The notes under the pieces were generated by a model, which saw only the letters and a program-made list of their open reading frames with translations, ran no database searches and was not told the DNA's origin. From an uncultured beta proteobacterium (GTDB lineage: Bacteria; Pseudomonadota; Gammaproteobacteria; Burkholderiales; JACQAP01), in NCBI GenBank assembly GCA_963846655.1, contig CAWJWT010000002.1:519376-583375 (forward strand): 64,000 nucleotides of DNA, read 5' to 3'. The first letter of the stretch is position 1; each line of letters begins with the position of its first letter. The position numbers and the translations under genes were made by a program. Positions 11,618 to 22,698 of the stretch are shown piece by piece.

Positions 11618-11947
11618 TCAGTAGTCGTCCTTCTCCACCAGTTTGCCCAGGTCTTCGTCAGTGTCCTCTTCGTAGAAATCTTCTTCCTCTTCCTGCCACT
11701 CCGCCGATTCGATGGTTTCGTTGACGATGTCGGTGATGCGGCTGCGCACGTCCACTTCGGCCTGGCCGCTGAGGCCTTTGACCTCGAGATAGACTTCTTC
11801 GTCGTCGTCGATCGTAACCGTCGCATCGGGCCATTCTTCCTGCAAGGCCTCGAGCAGCTGGCTCTTGAATTGTTCGTATTCTTCCTCGGACACGACACCG
11901 AGCAGGTCATGGTTGGCAAAATAGGAGATGGTGAATGTAGAGGCCAT
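11618..11947 (-). CDS. Highly acidic DinI-like small protein
   Basis: 109 aa with 35 D/E against 6 K/R. LQEEWPDATVTI...RITDIVNETIESAEW resembles E. coli DinI (FPD...RISEILQETWESADDW). Confidence 0.7.
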   Translation of the reverse strand: MASTFTISYFANHDLLGVVSEEEYEQFKSQLLEALQEEWPDATVTIDDDEEVYLEVKGLSGQAEVDVRSRITDIVNETIESAEWQEEEEDFYEEDTDEDLGKLVEKDDY

Positions 11948-12110
11948 ATCGTTTAGGTTGCAGTCTGAATGATGGCGAAGCTTGCCGAAACGGGGGGTCA
12001 TTTTCCGCAATTCGACGACCATCGTAAACAATTTTCAAGGCCGTGCAAGGCGCGCGCAATCTCAGCACTTCGCGTGCCAGCCAGTGTTCGCTGACGGCAG
12101 AACGCCCCGT

Positions 12111-13583
12111 TCAGGGACTTCCCGGGCGGGTCGGGTTATCGCCCCAGTAAATCGGGGCAGGATGTTTTCTCGCTTTAGGCAAATCCTGCAGATAAAGCGA
12201 GGGCGCCATCTCCCAGGCGTATTCGTTGAAGCGGACCAGCATCTGCTGAACGCGCTCGGGATAGCGCTCAGCGTAGTTGTCTTCCTCCGACGGATCATCG
12301 TGGACGTTGTAAAGTTCGTAACGCACGGGCAGGCGCGCATAGACGATCAGCTTCCAGTTTTCAATCATCAGCGCGCCGCGAAAATCCTCCATGCCCAGCA
12401 ACATTTCCTTGCGGGGCGTAAGTTTTGCTTTGGCGATCGTTTGCCACTGGTCGATGCCGTCGATCGGTTTGGTCTGCTCCAGGCTTGCCCCTGCAAGCGT
12501 GAGCAACGTCGGATACATATCGGCGACATGGATGCGCTCCGCGACGACGCCGGCAGGCAGGGTGCCCGGCCAGGAGGCGAGGGCAACTACGCGTAGTCCC
12601 CCTTCATAGAGACTTCCCTTGCCGTCCCGGTAAGGGCCGTTGTCAGTGACCCCTTTCTGCACGTCGCCGTCCCCGGTGGAGAACTTAGTGGGCAGTGCGC
12701 CCCCGTTATCGCTTTGAAAAACGATCAGCGTAGCGGACGTCAGTTTCCGCCTGTCCAGCGCTTCGACCACGCTGCCGACGGCGTCATCCAGCGCGCTGAC
12801 CATGGCGGCGTAGGTCTTGCGCTGCTCGTCGGCGATGTCCTGGTAGGCGTCCAGATAGGCCTTTGACGCGCGCAAGGGCGCCTGCGGAGCGTTGAACGAC
12901 AGGTAAAGGAACAGCGGCTGCGCCGCGTCATGCCGGTCGATGACGCGTGCAGCCTCCCTGCCGAGCAATGCCGAGCAATCACCTTGGTCCTTGATGAGCC
13001 GTTCGTTACGGTACCAGTCCGCCTGCTGTGCGGGTCCCGCCTTGCGCAGGCAATCGTGGTCGCCATGAAAACTTCCATAGAATGAATCGAAGCCGCGTCG
13101 CGTCGGCCAATAGTCCTTGAGGTAGTGGCCCAGTTGCCATTTGCCGACCATCGCCGTGCGATAACCGGCCGCCTGCAAGGCCTCGGGCAACAACCGCTCG
13201 CTGGTGGGCAGGCCGTACTGGCTCCAGGGCAGGATCGACAGGGTTTGCAGGCCATAGCGCATCGGATAGCGGCCGGTGAGCAGTGCCGCCCGCGCGGAAG
13301 TCGAAAAGGGTTCCGAGTAAAAGCGCTCCAGACGCACGCCCGTCTGCGCGAGCCTGTCCAGGTGCGGCGTGCGGATTTTGCTGCCGTGAAACCCCACGTC
13401 CTTCCAGCCCAGATCGTCGGCAACGATATAGATGATGTGCGGACGCTCGCCGGCGCTGGCGCCGTGCACGGCGCATATCACGAGCGCCGCGCAGGTTACG
13501 GCTGTAAGGCAAGCCCGGATGATGCAGTCGAGGCGTTTGGCGCAGCCCGGTGGCGCCACCGCGAATCGCGAGGCGTTTCTCAT
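12111..13583 (-). CDS. Arylsulfatase (sulfatase family) with signal peptide
   Basis: PHIIYIVADDLGW, RAALLTGRYPMRYG, GKWQLG, RRGFD, SDNGG, KGSLYEGGLRV. Confidence 0.92.
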   Translation of the reverse strand: MRNASRFAVAPPGCAKRLDCIIRACLTAVTCAALVICAVHGASAGERPHIIYIVADDLGWKDVGFHGSKIRTPHLDRLAQTGVRLERFYSEPFSTSARAALLTGRYPMRYGLQTLSILPWSQYGLPTSERLLPEALQAAGYRTAMVGKWQLGHYLKDYWPTRRGFDSFYGSFHGDHDCLRKAGPAQQADWYRNERLIKDQGDCSALLGREAARVIDRHDAAQPLFLYLSFNAPQAPLRASKAYLDAYQDIADEQRKTYAAMVSALDDAVGSVVEALDRRKLTSATLIVFQSDNGGALPTKFSTGDGDVQKGVTDNGPYRDGKGSLYEGGLRVVALASWPGTLPAGVVAERIHVADMYPTLLTLAGASLEQTKPIDGIDQWQTIAKAKLTPRKEMLLGMEDFRGALMIENWKLIVYARLPVRYELYNVHDDPSEEDNYAERYPERVQQMLVRFNEYAWEMAPSLYLQDLPKARKHPAPIYWGDNPTRPGSP

Positions 13584-13690
13584 GAGGCTCCTCCGTTGGA
13601 TGCGTAAATATTACCTGAGAACGGCGCCGCGCCTGCTAGTCATGGCCGCTTCTCGTATGCGATCGGGCCGTGCGCTACAATCCGGCACTC

Positions 13691-15257
13691 ATGAAAGAGC
13701 GCGAAATGATACTCGGCGTGCTGCGCGAACTGAGCCGCCGCCTTTGGATAGCCAGGACGATTCGGGAAACGGCGTTTGTGGTTTGCGTCGTGCTGTTTGG
13801 TCTGGCTTGTTTCGCGTTGGTCGAGCCCGCAATCAGTCCGGAATTGTCTCTCGCTCTCCCGGTCACCCGCGCTGCGTTGTCGCTGGCTGTCGCGGCCGCC
13901 TTCCTCGAACTCGTCAGGCGCAGCATGCGGAGAATTTCCGCGCAGCAGGCTGCTGCGCACGCCGACGCACGGGCGCAACTCAAGGACGAGTTGAAGTCGG
14001 CGCATTGGTTTCTATCGCAGAATGCCGAATCGCCGTTCGCGCAGCTTCAAGTGCAGCGCGCGGCGGCCACGGCGAAACGCCTCGATCTGCCGATGCTGGC
14101 ACCCCATCGCCTTCCTGCGAACGCGCTGGGAGTGGCAGGACTGGGTATTTTGCTCGGAGCGCTGATCTGGATGAATCCGCAGTCTTCCCGTTCCTGGGAG
14201 GGTTTGCCCGACGTTAGCGCTGCAAAAGGCGCGGAAGCCGGAGATTTGCGCGCGTTGCTGGAAGATGCGCCGGAGAACGCCGATATCGCCAAGCTGGATC
14301 GGGCGCTCTCGCAACTGCAGCAAGCCGGGCTCTCGGCCGAGGCCAGAAACCAGGCGCTGGCCGACGCGCGCGATGCCATTGATCAGGCCAATATGGAGGC
14401 TGCTGCCGCCCGCGAGGGGTTGGCTGCGCTCGCGGCGACATTGAAAAGCGACGCGGGCAATGCCGAGGCGGCGCGTGCGCTGGAAGAGGGCCGCGTGGAG
14501 GACGCCATGGCGCTGCTGCGCAAGCCCATGTCCGAAGCGTCCGTTGCCCGGCAGGATGAGGACGCAGGGGGTGACAGTCACGGTGGGCGCGCTCGGAGGG
14601 CCCGGCACCGGACCCTCGTCGGAATCCGGGGCGAAGGATGCTGCGGGCAAGCCCGCCGAGATCAATCAGGATGCCATGGCACGCGTCCTCAGCGCGCTCG
14701 ACCAGGCCAAGGAGCGCCTCGAAGTACAAAGCCGGGTCAATGCGGTCAATCGCCGCATGCAAGCGGGATTGACGGCAACCAACCAGCGCAGTCAGTTGAC
14801 TGCGAGCCAGTTCGATGCACGCGTCAATGCGCCCAATCCCACCCCCTCGCCCGATGCCGGGAACGCCAACATGCGGGGCGGCTCCCTGTTCCGGCAGGCG
14901 GCGGTGGCACGCGAAACCGATGAAAATGCGCCGGATGGCAGCCAGACGGGTGATGCGTCGGGAGAGGCACCGGCACTGCCCGTCGAAGGCAACCCGACCC
15001 GCCGGCTCGAGGCGCAACTGAAGCTCGAAACGCTCGCGCAGCCAGACGACATGAGCGATGACGCTGGCGGCAAAGGCGGCAAGGACTGGTTTTATGCGGC
15101 GAGCCGCGAACAGAAATCGATGCTGCAGGCGCAGGACGTCGAGGCGCGCGGGGCCTATGAGCGTGAAGGGGCTTCGCACCGCGACCCCGTGCCGATCCGG
15201 CAAAAGAACGTCGTCAAGAACTATTTCCTGAACCTGCACGAAAGCGAGAAAAAATGA
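13691..15257 (+). CDS. Membrane-anchored coiled-coil protein heading the MoxR operon (one apparent frameshift near 14550)
   Basis: N-terminal TM helices and a long Ala/Gln-rich helical region. The C-terminus VPIRQKNVVKNYF is typical of MoxR-associated proteins. Its stop overlaps the moxR start. Confidence 0.7.
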
Positions 15258-16252
15258 GTTCCGTGGCCGTTGACCGACAGATCCAGGACTTCCGCGACCA
15301 GTTCCTTCGAGTGCGCGACGAAATCGCGCGCGTGATCGTCGGCAACGAGGAGATCATCACCGGCGTCATGACCTGCCTGCTCGCGCGCGGCCATGTGCTG
15401 CTGGAGGGCATTCCCGGCGTGGGCAAGACCAAGCTGGTACAGACCATGGCCGATGTGCTGCACCTGAAGTTCTCGCGCATCCAGTTCACGCCCGACCTGA
15501 TGCCCGGCGATATCATCGGCACCAACATCGTGCGGGAGGACGAAGCGGGGCGCAAATCGTTCGAATTCCAGCGCGGGCCGATCTTCGCCAACATGGTGCT
15601 GGCCGATGAAATCAATCGGGCGACGCCCAAGACGCAATCGGCCCTGCTGGAAGCCATGCAGGAGAACAGCGTATCGGCCGCCGGGCATACGCATGCGCTC
15701 GATCAGCCGTTTTTTGTGCTCGCCACGCAGAATCCCATCGAGATGGAAGGCACGTATCCGCTGCCCGAAGCGCAGATGGACCGGTTTTTCTTCAAGCTCA
15801 AGCTCGATTTTCCGGACGTCGAGCAGCTGAACCTGATCATTGACCGCACCACGCGCGCCAAAGAACCCTCGGTCGAGCGCGTGCTCGAGCAAGGCCAGAT
15901 CCTGCAGATGCGCGATACCGCGCGCGCCATTCCGGTTGCGCGGCCGGTGCAGGAGTACGCGATCAAACTCACGCTGGCCACCCATCCGGAATCGGATCAG
16001 GCGCACGAAGCGACCCGCAAGTACGTGCGTTTCGGTTCCAGCCCGCGCGGCACGCAGGCGCTGATTCTCGGCGCGAAAGTGCATGCGCTCATGAACGACC
16101 GCATCTACGTATCCTGCGACGATGTGCGCGCCGTGGCATTGCCGGCGCTGCGCCATCGCGTCTTGCTCAATTTCGAGGCCGAAGCGCAGCGCGTGGATGC
16201 CGATGCGATCCTGGCAAGAATCCTGGATTGGGTGCCCGCCGCCGGGGCATGA
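15254..16252 (+). CDS. MoxR-family AAA+ ATPase
   Basis: GHVLLEGIPGVGKT, RIQFTPDLMPGDI, LADEINRATPKTQSALLEAMQE, ATQNPIEMEGTYPLPEAQMDRF. Confidence 0.96.
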   Translation: MSSVAVDRQIQDFRDQFLRVRDEIARVIVGNEEIITGVMTCLLARGHVLLEGIPGVGKTKLVQTMADVLHLKFSRIQFTPDLMPGDIIGTNIVREDEAGRKSFEFQRGPIFANMVLADEINRATPKTQSALLEAMQENSVSAAGHTHALDQPFFVLATQNPIEMEGTYPLPEAQMDRFFFKLKLDFPDVEQLNLIIDRTTRAKEPSVERVLEQGQILQMRDTARAIPVARPVQEYAIKLTLATHPESDQAHEATRKYVRFGSSPRGTQALILGAKVHALMNDRIYVSCDDVRAVALPALRHRVLLNFEAEAQRVDADAILARILDWVPAAGA

Positions 16253-16302
16253 CGACACGCGCGAATGGCGCCCGTCGCGCTGGCGCACCGAGGTAAACCC
16301 AC

Positions 16303-17190
16303 TTGATCCAGGAAAACGTGCTGTTCAGCGAAGAATTCCTTCGCCAACTGGAGCATCTGACGATGCTCACGCGCCGGCCGGTCGCCGGCCACCTGCGCGG
16401 CCACCACCGCTCGCGGCGCACGGGTGCGGGCATGGTATTCACCGATTATCGGCCTTACTCGCCCGGCGATGACACGCGCAATCTCGATTGGGGAACGTAC
16501 CTGCGGCTCGACCGCCTGATCCTGCGGCTGTTCGAAGAAGAGGCGGATCTGCCCGTGTATGTTTTCATCGACGCGAGCCGCTCGATGGATTTCGGCGCAC
16601 CGTCCAAGTTCGACTTCGCGCGCCGCTTCGCAGCCGCCCTGGCGTATATCGCGCTGGTCAATCATGATCGCGTGAGCCTGGTGGCTTTTGCCGACGGTGT
16701 CATGGATGAAATGCCGGCGCGTCGCGGCAAGAACCAGGTCTGGCGCTCATTGCATTTCCTGGAACGTCTCCAGGCCGCCGGTGGCACCAGCCTGTTGCCT
16801 GCCTTTCGCAGTTTCCTGGGTGCGCGGCGAACGCGGGGGCTGGTCATCCTGATCTCGGATTTTCTGGACCGGCAGGGCTTCGAGGCCAGTTTCCAGGCGA
16901 TTCGCGAGTATCGGCATGACGTTTTCGCGATCCATGTGACGAGCCCGGACGAGGACGAGCCCGCGCTGGACGGTGAGGTGCTGCTGGTCGATTCGGAACT
17001 GGGTCATTCCCTGCGCACGCTGGTGACGCCCGAACTGATCAGGGCTTATCACGAGACGTTCACGCGCTATTGCGCGGAAATCGAAGGGTTCTGCCGAAGC
17101 CACGGTTGGGGCTATTTGCGAGCTTCGACGCAGGCATCGTTCGAACAACTGATGCTCAAGGCCTTGCGCGAGGAAGGGCTGTTGCGATGA
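16303..17190 (+). CDS. DUF58 domain protein
   Basis: GHHRSRRTGAGMVFTDYRPYSPGDDTRNLDW, IDASRSM, ILISDF. Confidence 0.92.
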   Translation: MIQENVLFSEEFLRQLEHLTMLTRRPVAGHLRGHHRSRRTGAGMVFTDYRPYSPGDDTRNLDWGTYLRLDRLILRLFEEEADLPVYVFIDASRSMDFGAPSKFDFARRFAAALAYIALVNHDRVSLVAFADGVMDEMPARRGKNQVWRSLHFLERLQAAGGTSLLPAFRSFLGARRTRGLVILISDFLDRQGFEASFQAIREYRHDVFAIHVTSPDEDEPALDGEVLLVDSELGHSLRTLVTPELIRAYHETFTRYCAEIEGFCRSHGWGYLRASTQASFEQLMLKALREEGLLR

Positions 17191-18975
17191 TCGCGGCGGC
17201 ATGGCCCCTCTATCTGGCGGCGCTCGCCGGCGCCATCGGCGTTGTCGCCCTGCTTTACTGGCTCAAACCGCCCCCCCGCGCGGTGGTCGTACCGTCGAGC
17301 CTGGTGTGGGAGCGCGTCTTGCGCGAAAGCCATCCGCGCCCCGACCGCCTGCGTTGGTGGTTGTCCCTGCTGCTCGCCGTGCTGATCGTCTGTGCGCTGG
17401 TCAGTGCTGTGCTGACGCCCGGTCGCACAGCCTCCGACCAAACCGAATCCAGGCTGATCGTCATCGTCGACGATTCGCCGACCATGGCCACGCGCACCAC
17501 CGATGGCGCCTCGCGCTGGGACCATGCCGTAGCCAAGGCCCGAACGGTGATCGAATCCCGTCCGGCCGCCACGCAGGTTTGGCTTGCAGATACCATGCGC
17601 CGGATCGTAACGCCCGTCTTTTCGCTATCGGGACGAGGCACTCGATCAACTGGCGGAGTTGCGTGTCACCCACGGCCTGGCCCCGGTCGTACCACTGCCG
17701 GAACAATCCTCCGCGATCGAAACGCTGGTCATTACCGATGGCGTGACCATCGGCCCCATACCGTCGCACGCCAGACTGGACTCCGTATTCGAATCGGTGG
17801 AGAACGCCGGCATCACGGCGTTCGAGGTCCGGCGGCTGCCGGCGGATCCGCGGCGTTATGTCGCGCATGTCGGCGTGGCCAATGCTAGCGGCATCGAGAA
17901 ACGTCTCGATCTGGCCATCGTCGGCGTCGGCGGCAAGCGTGTGTCCCGCACGATCGCAGTGGAAGCAGGCGGCCTGCGCAGCGAGTTGTTCGACCTCTCG
18001 GCCTTTGACGGCGGCCCAGTGCGTGCGTCCATCGCCATGCCCGGCGACGGGTTTGCGCCCGACGATGTCGCGTATGCAGGCCTGCCGGTGCACCGGGTCA
18101 TGCGCGTGGCACTGGTGAGCGCAGGCAACGCGCTGCTCGAGAAATCCCTGCGATCGCAGCCGCGCGTCGCCCTGACTGTGATCCCGCCGCGTGCCTACGA
18201 TGGCGATCGAGGTTTCGATGCGGTGTTGTTCGACCGCTACGCGCCCGAGGCACGTCCCCAAGTGCCCGCGCTGTTGTTCATGCCCGGCGCCGCCGCATGG
18301 CTGCCGCCACGCGGCAAGGACATCATCAACGTCTCCGTCAGCACATGGAACGCCGCGCACCCGCTGCTCGACAATATTTCACTGCTGGATGTGACGGTGG
18401 ATCGGGCCATTGTCTTCGATCCGGCGGCGCAGCGCGACGGCGCGCCAACCGTGCTGGCCAGCGCAGCGGGTGGCGTGCCGCTTATGATCGCGCACGAAGA
18501 CGAGATGCGCTGGATATCATTGTCGTTCGCGCTGGAGAGCTCGAATTTTCCGTTGCAGGCCGGCTTTCCCATTTTTCTGGATAACGCGCTGAACTGGCTG
18601 CTGGCCGAACAGCCGCTCATGTCGCGGGGGCTCGGTCTGGTCGATGTCCCGGTGCCCCGCGCCCGGGTCGTGGCGGCGGATGGCAAGGAGCTCGCAACCC
18701 TGGCGACCGCCGGCGGCAGCCAGTTCGAAGTCGATGCGCCGGGGCTGTTCTCGGTCGTCTCCGCACATCAACGCCTGTCGGTCGCGGTGAACTTGCTCGA
18801 TCGCCAGATCACCGATGTCAACAATTCCTCGCTTGCGCAAATGGAGCCCGCAGCACAACCGCCGGGCGCGGCGAGCCGCGCGCTGCGCGTGGATCCGACG
18901 CTCGTGCTGTTGCTCGCCGCGGCATTGCTGCTGCTGTTCGAGTGGTGGAGCTGGAACCGGCGGCTGACAGTATGA
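17187..18975 (+). CDS. BatA N-terminal/vWA domain membrane protein (apparent frameshift near 17625)
   Basis: LLYWLKP..VVPSSLVW BatA-type N-terminus, vWA VDDSPTM and ITDG, C-terminal LLLFEWW anchor. Confidence 0.8.
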
Positions 18976-21599
18976 CTGCCGCTTTGACGGTTCAATCCTT
19001 CTGGCCGCTCGTGTTACTAGCGGCAGTGCCGTTGCTGATCTGGCTGGCTCGCGAAAGTCGAACACCGCTCGGGCGCAGGCATTTGCGGACGGTGACGCTG
19101 CTGCGCAGTCTGGCGATCGTGTCGCTTGCCCTGGCATTGATGCGACCCCACTGGAACGGGCTTTCCGACGATGTATCGGTGGTGTATGCGCTGGATATTT
19201 CGCGCAGCGTGTCCCCGTCATTCGTCGAATCCGCCATCCAGTGGATCGAGCAGGCCGACAGTCAGGCCAAGCCGGCGACGGCTCGCTATCTGGCATTCGC
19301 GGATCGCGCCATTACGCTGAACTCGGTGGCCGGGATCCGCAATCTGAGCGTGAGCGACGATCAGGTGCGCCGGGTCGCCGGAGATCCGGATACGATCGAT
19401 CGCATGGCCACCAACCTGGAACAGGCGCTCGACAGCGCGCTGCTGAGTCTGGCGCCCGATCGCGTCAAGCGCATCGTCCTGCTGACCGATGGCAACCAGA
19501 CGACCGGCGATATCTGGCGGGTCCTCCCACGGCTGATACGCTCGCAGGCACGCGTCTATCCGATTGCAGCGAAGATGGCGGACATTCATGATGCGTGGCT
19601 GGCCGGCATCGACGTGCCGGACGGCGTGCGTTCCGCAGAACCCATTGCGGTGACCGTGCGCGTGAACGCCGCGGCCGATATGTCGGCCCGCGTGGTGCTC
19701 AAGGCGGCGAACCGGGTGCTCGGGTCACGCAATGTGCGGCTCAACGCCGGCGTGAATCGCATCGGCTTCGAGATCAGGCTCGCGCACGCCGGAACGGTCA
19801 CGTTGTCTGCAGAAGTCCTCGCTGAAGGCGATCGCGTGGCGGGCAACAATCGCCTGCAGCAATCGCTGTGGGTAAACGCGCGACCGCGGGTCCTCTACGT
19901 CGAAGGCGGCCCGGCCCCGGCAGCGCGCTACCTCGCAAATGCGCTCAACGGGCAAGGCCTCGATACGCGTGTCATCGCACCCGCTTCCGTGCCTGCATCG
20001 GCATCGCAACTGGCCGGCTACGATGCCTTGATCCTGAGCGATGTTCCGGCTTCGGCGCTCACGGCCGGGCAGATGAAGGCGATCGAAGCCTATGTGCGCG
20101 ATCTGGGTGGCGGTTTGCTCTTCGCGAGCGGCGAAAACGTCCACGGCGAGCAAGGCTACAGCGACACGCTGGTGGAAAAAGTACTGCCGCTGCAGTTTCG
20201 CGCGCAACAAAAACGCAAGGATCTCGCCCTGGTGATTGCCATGGACCGCTCGTATTCCATGAAGGGCCGCAAGATGGAAATGGCCAAGGAAGCCGCCCGC
20301 GCCACGCTCGATCTGCTCGAAGAGCAGCACCGTTTCGGCGTGGTGGCATTCGATTCGCAACCTAACATTTCGGTTCCGATGCAGTACGTTCGCGCCAAGC
20401 GCAAGGCGGAGGACCAGATCAGCCGGATCCAGGCCAGCGGACAGACGAATATCTATCCCGCCCTGGGCATCGTTTACCGCTTGCTGCAGAAGACGGATTC
20501 CAAAGCCAAGCATGTGATCCTGCTTTCCGATGGCGATACGCATCCTGCCGACTTCGAAACGCTGGTCAAGCGCATGGCCAGCGAGAACATGGTGGTTTCA
20601 ACCGTGGCCGTCGGTGCCGACGCGGATCGCGCGCTGATGGGCGATATCGCGAAATGGGGCAAAGGCAAGGCCTACATCGCGGAGAGCAGCGACGCGATTC
20701 CGCAGATATTCATCGAGGAGACGAAGCGCGCAGTGCGATCCAATCTGCTCGAAGAGGCGTTCGCGCCCGCGGTCAGGCTTCGCAGCGCGACCTTTCGCGG
20801 CCTGGATGTGGAGCGCCTGCCGGAACTCACAGGCTACGTGAGTGCCAAGGCGCGCGACCACGCGGAGATTCTGCTTGCCACGCCATCCGGTGCGCCGCTG
20901 CTGGCGCGTTGGCAATTCGGTCTGGGAAAGACCGTGGTCTTCACTTCGGACGTGAAGAACCGATGGGCCGCGAGCTGGATTGAATGGCCAGGCTACGCAA
21001 AATTCTGGGCGCAACAGGTGCGCGATCTGCTGCGGCGGGATTCCCGCGAGGAATTCGATTTTCGCGTGACCCGCGAGGGCCGCGAGGCGCTCGTCAGCCT
21101 GTCGCTGCTGACACCCGAAGGCAATTTCCGCGACGGCCTTGCGCCCCAGGTCAAGGTGACGCGCGCGGACGGCCGTAGCTCCCTAGTCGGGCTCGTTCCT
21201 GCGGGGCCCGGCACTTACCAGATGCGCTTGCCCGTCGATGGTTCGATCCATGGGTTGCGTTTCGAACTCGTCGATTCACCCTCCTTGCCGAGGCAGGCGT
21301 CGCGGCGAGCGGGCGTGCGCATGTTGCATCAGAACTACGCCGACGAATACCGCTCGTTTCCGCCTGACGTGGAATTATTGCAGGCACTCGCGCACGCAAC
21401 CGGCGGAAAAATCGGTGCGCCCGTTTCCGAAATATTCGCGCAGCATAGCGACCGGAGTGTGACGACGCACCGATTGTGGCCTTGGTTCGCGGGACTGGCC
21501 TTGATGTTTTACCTGCTGGACATTGCCGCGCGGCGTGCTCCGCTGGCGTGGCGTTGGCTTAATCCGCACGCACGCGCCAATGGCCCTGCGCCGCGCTGA
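18972..21599 (+). CDS. Double vWA domain protein with glutamine-amidotransferase-like (DUF1355-type) region
   Basis: MIDAS-like DISRS/LLTDG and DRSYS/LLSDG, YDALILSDVP, PLLARWQFGLG..WA..W..W, and a C-terminal TM. Confidence 0.85.
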   Translation: MTAALTVQSFWPLVLLAAVPLLIWLARESRTPLGRRHLRTVTLLRSLAIVSLALALMRPHWNGLSDDVSVVYALDISRSVSPSFVESAIQWIEQADSQAKPATARYLAFADRAITLNSVAGIRNLSVSDDQVRRVAGDPDTIDRMATNLEQALDSALLSLAPDRVKRIVLLTDGNQTTGDIWRVLPRLIRSQARVYPIAAKMADIHDAWLAGIDVPDGVRSAEPIAVTVRVNAAADMSARVVLKAANRVLGSRNVRLNAGVNRIGFEIRLAHAGTVTLSAEVLAEGDRVAGNNRLQQSLWVNARPRVLYVEGGPAPAARYLANALNGQGLDTRVIAPASVPASASQLAGYDALILSDVPASALTAGQMKAIEAYVRDLGGGLLFASGENVHGEQGYSDTLVEKVLPLQFRAQQKRKDLALVIAMDRSYSMKGRKMEMAKEAARATLDLLEEQHRFGVVAFDSQPNISVPMQYVRAKRKAEDQISRIQASGQTNIYPALGIVYRLLQKTDSKAKHVILLSDGDTHPADFETLVKRMASENMVVSTVAVGADADRALMGDIAKWGKGKAYIAESSDAIPQIFIEETKRAVRSNLLEEAFAPAVRLRSATFRGLDVERLPELTGYVSAKARDHAEILLATPSGAPLLARWQFGLGKTVVFTSDVKNRWAASWIEWPGYAKFWAQQVRDLLRRDSREEFDFRVTREGREALVSLSLLTPEGNFRDGLAPQVKVTRADGRSSLVGLVPAGPGTYQMRLPVDGSIHGLRFELVDSPSLPRQASRRAGVRMLHQNYADEYRSFPPDVELLQALAHATGGKIGAPVSEIFAQHSDRSVTTHRLWPWFAGLALMFYLLDIAARRAPLAWRWLNPHARANGPAPR

Positions 21600-21654
21600 T
21601 CAGCCGATTGCGCCGGGAGACTGACCGCGACCTGCCTGCCGAAGCAGCCGTAGA

Positions 21655-22101
21655 TTAGTCGCCACTGGCGCTGATCCGCAGGCAGATTCGATTGCGGCCG
21701 TCGACATAGCTGTAGTCGGCTTGCTCGGTCAGGCCGATGGTGATGAAGATACCCAGGCCGCCGATGCGCCGCTCCTTGATGGTGGACTCGATGTCAGTCC
21801 GCTGGCCGGCGGCCAACGGATCAAATTTCGGCGCGGAATCTTCGTACGTCAATACCACGTCGCCGTTATCGACTTCGAAGGCGATATAAACCGGCGCATC
21901 ACTGTCGCCTTGATAGCCGTGCGTCACCGTGTTAGTGAACAATTCTTCGACAATTAACGTCAGTTTGTGGCGATCCTCGCGGCCAATTGCGGCCAGGTCG
22001 CTGAATTCATCGACCAGTGCCTGGACCTGTTCGAATGCTGCCAGACGCGCAGCAAAGATGCGATTCAGGCCATGCATGTTTTTCTCAAATCCGACAGGCA
22101 T
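21655..22101 (-). CDS. RsbW-like anti-sigma factor / Ser kinase (HATPase_c)
   Basis: EELFTNTVTHGY, EDSAPKFDP, GGLGIFI, GRNRI; GAGGGG RBS before the ATG at 22101. Confidence 0.88.
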   Translation of the reverse strand: MPVGFEKNMHGLNRIFAARLAAFEQVQALVDEFSDLAAIGREDRHKLTLIVEELFTNTVTHGYQGDSDAPVYIAFEVDNGDVVLTYEDSAPKFDPLAAGQRTDIESTIKERRIGGLGIFITIGLTEQADYSYVDGRNRICLRISASGD

Positions 22102-22221
22102 TTGCCCCTCAGCGCAAGGGATGGGCCCGCAGCTTGCCGCGGCGCGTGCATGCTTTTTGCACAAACACCCCCTGACCGGTGAGGTTTGCCGATTCTAGGT
22201 TTCGGAACCAAAGGGGACAAC

Positions 22222-22698
22222 ATGACCAAAGTAGCGACATTGCAGCGGGATATCCTGGTGTTCGGGCTCCTGTTGCTGGCCGGTGCGTGGATGAGCTCGC
22301 AGGTGTTCGCGGGCGAAGCCGGGCGCATCAAGGTGTCCAAGGGCGACGTGCAGATCGAGCGCAACGGCAAATGGCAGCCGGCGCCGGTCGGGGCGATCAT
22401 CGAGCCCCAGGATACGGTAAAAACCGGCGCGGACGGCTCGGTAGGCATCACCTTCCATGACAACAGTCTGTTGTCGGCGGGACCGAACAGCGAACTGGTC
22501 ATCGAGCGTTTCGTGTTTGACAGCACGACCCACCAGGGACAATTCGATACGCGCCTGAAAAAAGGCACGCTTGCTGTCGTCTCCGGAAAAATCGTCAAGC
22601 AGACGCCGGAAGCCATGCGCATCAAAACGCCGGCAGCGATCATGGGCGTTCGCGGAACTGAATTCGTCGTCAAAGTGGACGAACCCGCCGCGCGTTGA
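22222..22698 (+). CDS. Exported stand-alone FecR-domain protein
   Basis: Signal peptide; D.VKTGADGSVGITFHDNS..SAGPNSEL, GTLAVVSGKI, KTPAAIMGVRGTEF. Confidence 0.88.
   Translation: MTKVATLQRDILVFGLLLLAGAWMSSQVFAGEAGRIKVSKGDVQIERNGKWQPAPVGAIIEPQDTVKTGADGSVGITFHDNSLLSAGPNSELVIERFVFDSTTHQGQFDTRLKKGTLAVVSGKIVKQTPEAMRIKTPAAIMGVRGTEFVVKVDEPAAR

Noticed and set aside
10831-12100. Prophage or genomic island integrated at tRNA-Ile2
   Set aside because: No integrase next to the tRNA, and I saw no duplicated tRNA 3' end (att) in the window.
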